From: Lepidodermella squamata
Lineage: Eukaryota; Animalia; Gastrotricha
Assembly: GCA_047495785.1 (NCBI GenBank)
Contig: JBLDXI010000013.1
Location: 3,472,001 to 3,536,000 of the forward strand
Length of the DNA: 64,000 bases
Direction of reading: 5' to 3'
This document shows, in pieces, positions 57,224-64,000 of this stretch (positions within the stretch are counted from its first letter, which is position 1; each line of letters begins with the position of its first letter). Under the pieces are notes generated by a model. The model ran no database searches. It saw only the letters and a program-made list of their open reading frames with translations, and was not told the DNA's origin. Made by a program: the position numbers and the translations under genes.

Positions 57224-60200
57224 ATGATTTTCAGATTGACCAGCCTAATAGTTAGGTTGAGCTTCTTGATCGGGCATGTCGACCTCATGCTGGGCTATGA
57301 TGGCTTCTTTTCGCCGAAAAATTGCGGCAAAGACTATCGGCTGATAGCTGCTGATTCTTTCAGGCAAATCAGCAACACTGACATTCGATCATGTGCCGAT
57401 GCGTGTCATCAGACCGCATACCAAATGTGCCGATCGTTTTCGTACTACCCGGCCGGGTCGACGTGCTGGCTGAACTACGGCCATACAAACGAACTGTGGG
57501 ATGGCTTGGAATACCAGAAAGGGTGGTTCTACTACCATAAAGTAAGTTCAGGTTTATAAGCTCCTTTGCAGGTCACGTCCCCAGAGTTAACTATTCTCCA
57601 AAGCCGTTTTAAAGTTGCATAAGATAAGTGAAAGTCGTGCGCGTTAGGTCCACTCATAGAGAAAAGAGTTACCTATTCTCTATGGGTTCACCTCTTCTTT
57701 AAGAAATTTGATGATGAAATGGGGCATGTTTCAATATCTGGTTGTTTTTATACCAACACAATACCATGCTTTTATTCTCTATTGATTGAATGTAACGAAA
57801 AACCAGTGTTAAGCTCGCGTTATGCACACGCAATAACGTCGTAGTCTAATAAACAATTTAGTTGGATTGGGAATCCAACTACATACATGTAGTTTAATAA
57901 GCAAACTTTTAAAAAACTAGTTTATAAGGCAATCGAACACAATTATTGCGCAAAACATTGCCTAAGAAGACAGGCTCAAGTTTTGTCCAATCAACTAGAT
58001 TGATAGTGTAAAACACTGTTGGAAATGCATGTTTGACTATTAATGAGCCGTATTTTAATAAATACGATATAAAAGAGACAGAACGGTCAAGAAAACCACT
58101 ACAGACCTTCTTCACGGTTGGAATCTCAACATTTTCCATTACTCGAGCCTCGAGCAATACTTAGCCATTTCATCCTAATTGGTGTATTGGATCAATTGTT
58201 GCCGAATATTAAACTAGGTTTATGAGCAAATTGGCAAAAAACTAGTGGGATTCCCAATCCAACTAAATTGCTTATTAGACTACGACATATATAATAATAT
58301 GGGTGCTTTTCACTATATTGATGTGCGCGAAATACCACAAGCCTGGTATTTTTGGGTGTGACTTTGTCCGACAACCAAGTAACTTTTTAGTCATTTTGGT
58401 CATTTTTTGGGTTTCGAGGATGAAATAACCGGATATAAAAGACATTAGTCGAAAGAAAACGTTCCCCCGTATTTTTGTGTGGAAGAACGTCATATTCAAT
58501 CGATAGAGAACTGTATAAATTGTGTTCTGATATGATATCGTTAGCGACGTTGAATAACTCGGATTTAGGCGTGTTTATATCCGGTTGAAGGGCCCGGGTG
58601 ACAAGGAAAACGCGGCTTTTCAACATGAATGAAGAGGCAAAAACAAAGACTTTTTACTTGTCACCTATCACCTCGAAATGGAAGTAAACAAGCCTAAATC
58701 CGAGTTATTCAACGTCGCTAGCGATATGACACCCGCCACATTTGCCGACCTTGGGGATTCGACATTTTGCGAACTCAAGTAGCAATTTTATGTTCCTTTT
58801 CTTGGTTCGACCTTCAAAGCTTTTTAACACTAAATTTACATTAACTTCTGTTCCTCAGGAAGTTTATCAAGAGCCAACGCTATGCAAAGCAAATACGTAT
58901 CACGGTCAGCCGGAATTTCTCGATATATTACTATTAGTCATACTTTTTCGATTCCAAGTAGATTGCAGCACCGTGGTCAGATTAGGGAAAGGAGCTGGTA
59001 ACTACTCGTTTCAAACTGAAATCGGTGGCAAGGTGTTCAACACTGAATGCACCATTCGAGCCCCGGATATCTACCCGAGAGCAGGGTATAATTTACAAAA
59101 CTATTGTTAAATTGAACCCCTATTGAACTGAAACTTTCTAGAACCCACATAGGAGTCAGTGAACGTAAGCAAAAAATGATAGAAAAAAAATGAATGAGTG
59201 CATTTTTCATGACAGTTGCTATGGTTTTCTTCCGGCGTTTAGGTTGGTTTCCTTGCCATTTTTCGAGATTTTTCATAGCCTCATGTAAATGATAAAAACA
59301 TAGCGGTTCAGGACTACGACTTCAGCACGAAGTCATACTATGAATACAAATGGGGTAATGAGTGAGAAAAAATCCAATTACCTAGTTGCATGAAACTTAT
59401 ACATCGAAAGGCTTCGCATCTAAGACTAACGCAACCAAATGGATCGGTCTTGAAATCGGCAGTCAACTTACAACTGGAGGTTTCCACGATATTGCTTAAT
59501 ATTGTTAATTCCAAAGAAATATTTAAACACAGATTTTGCATTGGTTCTCACTACGTCGCAAACGTGGTGTGTACAGCTGTCATCCAGCGGCGCCCAGGCT
59601 CAACTTGTCCTGATATCGGAAACATCCGTTACCAACTGTGCTGTTTTCACCCACCGCCAGGGTCGTCTGATGCTGGCGACTCGATCACTCTGCGTATGTA
59701 AAGATCCAAACAGCAATAATCTCATTCTTTGCGGCTGCAATACACCAGCGATGGGAAAGGTTCGAAGAATAAATGCTGCATATTCACTGATGGTTTCATG
59801 TGTTTTTGGTCCATAGTATCGATATGAGAAAAGGGGTGTCATAATGGAAATTTACGACCCTCTGATAAGCATGGAGCCACTGCGATATTGGACCTTCAGC
59901 GGGACTTTAACGGCTAACATGCCTGTTCAAGCTCTACCGGCGGCAACTTTGTCGGTTACAGGGTGGTCGAAGATGTATCGTAAGTCTATTCTAATTCTTT
60001 TGGTTCATTCGTCGACTTTCTATTTTCAGCGCGTTGGAAAATAGTTTACCAAGTTTATGTGGCATATTATGGGAAATACGGTATGCTGACATTCAACTCT
60101 CCGATGAATTCAGAAGACGAGGGATACAAAATATGCTCGCAGACCTACGGATCGGTATTAGAGGGTGATTCCCGATCGCCCAACATGTTACATCTAACCG

Positions 60201-61827
60201 CGCACTCGCTCAATTTATTCGCCCAACCAACTCGCCCAGCCTACATATTTAATAAATTTGGAATTGTTTGTGCGCGCACGCGTTATGTCTATTGCAAAGT
60301 GCGCGCAAGCGAAAAGCTGTTTATTGCCGTTGCCGTTGCTGGCGTTTTCACATTTATCACAAAGTTGAAACATTATTATTTTTGATTTCATAACTTCCAT
60401 CTACTTGTTGTTTCTAGCCGGGCCTGTAAAGATTGCAAGAACAAATTTGGCATCCATTATTTTTATTGCCCACCTTGCGCCAAAAAAAAAGACTGAGGCC
60501 ATTGAAAGAGCGGTTCAATTTTACTGTAACTCACCTTAATACTTTCGCGCGTTTAATTGCTCTTCATTATAAAAGTCCCGCCGCCTCATTAACAGAATTC
60601 TGGTAGGAAGTGATAGAAAAAGTCGAGAAGCGTAAACGCGGTAGGCCGCCGAAGAATAAACAGGCAAGCTTAGCCTGCGCCTGGGACGCCTAGAATATGC
60701 GCGGCCGCCCGACCAAGGCTAAGCTTGCTACAATGCCCTCATCCGCGGCGTCAAGTGGCCCTATCAGCGCACCACCAGTTGCCTCGCCGGAACCTCGCTT
60801 TCTAGTTTACCTGGATTTGAGCCACAATAACCTGTATCGGAAATCGGAAATTACAATATCGCAACCGTCCTCTAAGGCTAAGAAGATTAAGGTGGGGAGT
60901 TCCAGGGCCGCATCCGCTCAAGCTAGCCCCGCGCGACTCGTAGTTTTCACGGAAAGGAGTGCCGGCCGTTATAGTGCTCTCTCCGATTGCCGCCGGCGGC
61001 GAATCTTCTCTGACGCCGAATATGATCAGCCCAAATACCTTTCTCGACTGTAGTTTTGATGGATTTTAATACCAGGAAGAAAAGGGAGAAAACGGGTTTG
61101 TTTACCACCGCTGTTATTGTAATCGAAAGTCGTCGATCGAAGTAGTCGATCGAAAGGGTGTATAGTAAAGGCTATCGACGTATATGCCTGAGTTCAGAGT
61201 TTATTATTGCCCAGTACTAGAGCTCAAATAAACAAACACTGTGAAACATTGCGAAACATTATTATTGCATTTTCAGACGGAATCGGCAGTAGTTTTTGCG
61301 AAGTATTCTAGATAAATTATTGGCCCCTATTTGTGATTCCGAGTCTTAATAAGCGCGGTGTCTTGTATGCGTGTATTCTTGCGTGAAATTTAAATCGTAT
61401 TAATTGGGCGAATTGGTTGGGCGAATGAGCGAGCGCGCGGTTGGGTGAAATAAGTTGGGCGATCGGTATTAGAAATTCAATTCTGGTTCATTATATTTAT
61501 TTTGATTATACTTATTGATATAGCTGTCCTCATGGCCGAATACATGCGCTACTGTGAATCCGGGTGATATTTACTTCGACCATTACGGCTACGGCGTGCG
61601 ATTCAATATGAGGAATGATCTAGGTGGTGGATGGTGGGTTGGGAGTAATTTCTTTGACACGTGGCAGGGTTGCTACACATGCTCGTGAGTGTATTGCGCA
61701 CTTTTCTTATTCCAATGCTTCAAATCCTCCATGCGTTTATTCAAGGCCTAATTATTATTATTACAACACTGAATGGTACGGCAGAGCTACTGGTGATTCG
61801 ATGGTTTTGCTCTACGCAGCACCTTAA
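57224..61827 (+). CDS. PAN/Apple + fibrinogen-related domain protein with insert, copy 2; 12 exons
   Basis: All 12 exons match copy 1, splice GT-AG in frame and end ...MVLLYAAP*. Confidence 0.82.
58542..58720. mobile_element. Small MITE with TAG-starting TIRs (exact ends and TSD ambiguous)
   Basis: TAGCGACGTTGAATAACTCGGATTTAGGC and its perfect inverse; absent at the matching site in copy 1 (~47335). Confidence 0.8.
60163..61466. mobile_element. Mutator-like non-autonomous element with ~70-bp imperfect TIRs and AT-hook coding remnants
   Basis: CCGATCGCCCAAC..AACCGCGC..CTCGCTCA..TTCGCCCAACCAA.TCGCCCA is mirrored at 61404-61466; internal KRKRGRPPK and RGRPTK; flanked by repeated GATCGGTATTAGA. 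Confidence 0.75.
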
Positions 61828-62519
61828 ATTACGGTCAGCAGTGTGCCATCGATTCTTCGAAGATGAATATAAATCAAACTGTTATGAAAGTCCGATATAT
61901 TCATGATACATTCGTCCTATCGGGCCTAATAATATTTTGATTAATTCGATTCATTTGATCCCTTCGCATTTCAGCCCCAGAATAAACATATGGGATTGTA
62001 TGTTTTAGCTACATTGTGTATTGGATCATCAGCAAGGTGCTGCGTAACGACAGTTTCAATCTTGGCGCCTAAGACTTATGATATCGGAAATTCATCTATG
62101 GTTTCAAAATCGATATGATTTGAAATCTGAAGGCTTAATTATATCACTTAAACTGACAGCCGATAGCGCAAGATGTTCTTAATAGAGAGACCTATCGGTT
62201 AGACGTAAAGCTGAGTGTGCAAGTGCTGGGGCCTCAAATTTAGGGCGTGACCTCGGCACACCGCCTGTTGTTTGTCTTCGTTCTATCTCTTTTTCACCAC
62301 TGTTTGCCCCACTGAATCTGAATATTTATGTCACCACTTAAAAAACTATCGATTATAATTAGTAATTAGCATTATTCTTTCGAGATGTGTTACAACTAAT
62401 GAGTATTTAGGTTTTTTTTCTCCGAAACAGTCAAACAGCTACCAGCAGTTGAATTCGGTGTAAATAAAACGAATGTCTTCGACTGAGAGGAACCAACAAT
62501 GGTATTCTAAACAACAATT

Positions 62520-63547
62520 GTGTACTTAAACAACTCGGTATCTAGCAAATTTGATATTCCATCTGGAGTGCCACAGGGCTCCGTCCTTGGACCCTTGCTG
62601 TTCGTTGTGTACTTGCTATTCACTGATGACTGTATAAGGACTTCTTTAACTAAGTACTTCGCCGACGACACTAAGATCTATAATAAGATATCTTGTGTGG
62701 AAGATTGTCACAGTCTTCAAGCTGATTTGAACAATATCATCGAATGGTTTGCCGACAATGGGCTTAACATTAATAGCCAAAAATGTTTTGTTCTCCGCCT
62801 CAACGGCAAGAAATCTGCTGAAGTTGCTAATTTCAAGTACTCAATAAATGGTCACGAGATCGAGTTTGTTAAATCGATCCGAGACCTCGGAATTGAGGTA
62901 GACGAGAATCTAAATTTTAAATCGCACTGCTCTAAAATTATTGCCAAGTGCAACAGGATTTCGGGATTCATTTTGCGAACTTTCAAATCGAATAGTCTAC
63001 GACTTAAGGCTTTTAATGTCTATGTAATGCCACACCTCGACTATGCTTCCACTGTGTATTCTCCATATCTGCTAACAGTAATCAGTCGGCTCGAATCAGT
63101 TCTGCATAATTTCCTGAAAAGGATGACAGGTTACAGGGTGACTGACTACAAAGTCCTACTCCAAATGTTTAGCATGAAAACTCTCGAAAATAGACGTTGT
63201 CAACGTGACTTGATACTAATGTTTAAATTATATCGTGGTTTTGTTGATGTTGATTTTGGTTTATTTTTTAACAAATCCAGCAACAAATATGCTGACACGC
63301 ACAGGCTCTCATTGCCTATGTGCCACAGAGACTGCTTTAAGTTCTCTTTTCTTAGAAGGTATGTAATATTATGGAACAAGCTGCCTTTAGACATTGTTAA
63401 TGGCTCTTTAGCTAATTTTAAATTGTTTGTTGATAATTTGGATAATACGAAGTTTTTGATATCTACAGTGAGGCGCCTTTGATTGCTAATAATCCTTGAG
63501 ATTGATTGCAAGCCGGTATAAAATAAATAAAAATAAAATAAAATAAA
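62520..63547 (+). mobile_element. 5'-truncated LINE (CR1/L2-like) reverse transcriptase with (AAATA)n tail
   Basis: Uninterrupted 320-aa ORF: SGVPQGSVLGPLLF, FADDTKIY, RDLGI, PHLDYASTVYSPY; short 3' UTR, then AAATA repeats to ~63547. Confidence 0.92.
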
Positions 63548-64000
63548 CATTGCCGTTAACAAGTGAAAAGAAGAGCTTGGCTAAATTTTTGACATCGTGA
63601 GATTTTGATACCCCTTTCAAGGTCAATGAACGAGGAGTCTGAATGAAAAACGAAAAAGGTTGATAGTCATCAGGGTTGCTGGGAAAACGGGCTTCAAATT
63701 TTACGCGTGAAAATGACTAATTTCGAAAAATGCGCGCCTAAAAAATTAGTCATTTATTGCATCAGTTAATAATTCGTCGGTCAATTAATTCTGATTTCAT
63801 TTTTTTATTCACTGTCGAGTTTTTTGGGGTAATCTGAGGTGAGGAATCTTGCTAGATATTAAAAAAATTTGGCGGAATCAAGCTATGGTTTCCACGTAAA
63901 CCTAAATCGATAGGCCTTTTTGGCGACACTTTTGTCGGATAGAAGTCTTTGTGTGAAATTATCGATTAAATAACGTATGCACCAATGTGATCACACCAGC

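Overview
Compact invertebrate animal genomic DNA (about 40% GC, mostly 50-60 bp GT-AG introns; taxon not identifiable by eye), rich in paralog arrays and transposons. Left to right: three tandem GABA-B-like class C GPCR genes (the second a frameshifted pseudogene), with a fourth at 28-30 kb; a secreted Cys-rich/EGF gene; a prolyl 4-hydroxylase alpha gene whose 5' side is interrupted by a MITE carrying a 3.6-kb Mutator element (FAR1-DDE-SWIM-Ulp1 fusion, one nonsense codon); a Na+/K+-ATPase-alpha-like pump with intact catalytic motifs but rewritten ion-binding residues; three paralogous small 4-TM genes of a family I cannot name; a detox trio (sigma GST, WrbA/FQR1-type quinone reductase, internally deleted CYP); and a tandemly duplicated cassette of a secreted Cys-rich, possibly GH19-derived protein plus a 12-exon PAN + fibrinogen-domain protein with a beta-trefoil-like insert. 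Also many MITEs, a tRNA-derived SINE and three LINE fragments. Best novelty candidates: the split-FReD lectin cassette, the rewired P2C ATPase and the 4-TM family. All gene models were spliced and aligned by eye; no searches were run.
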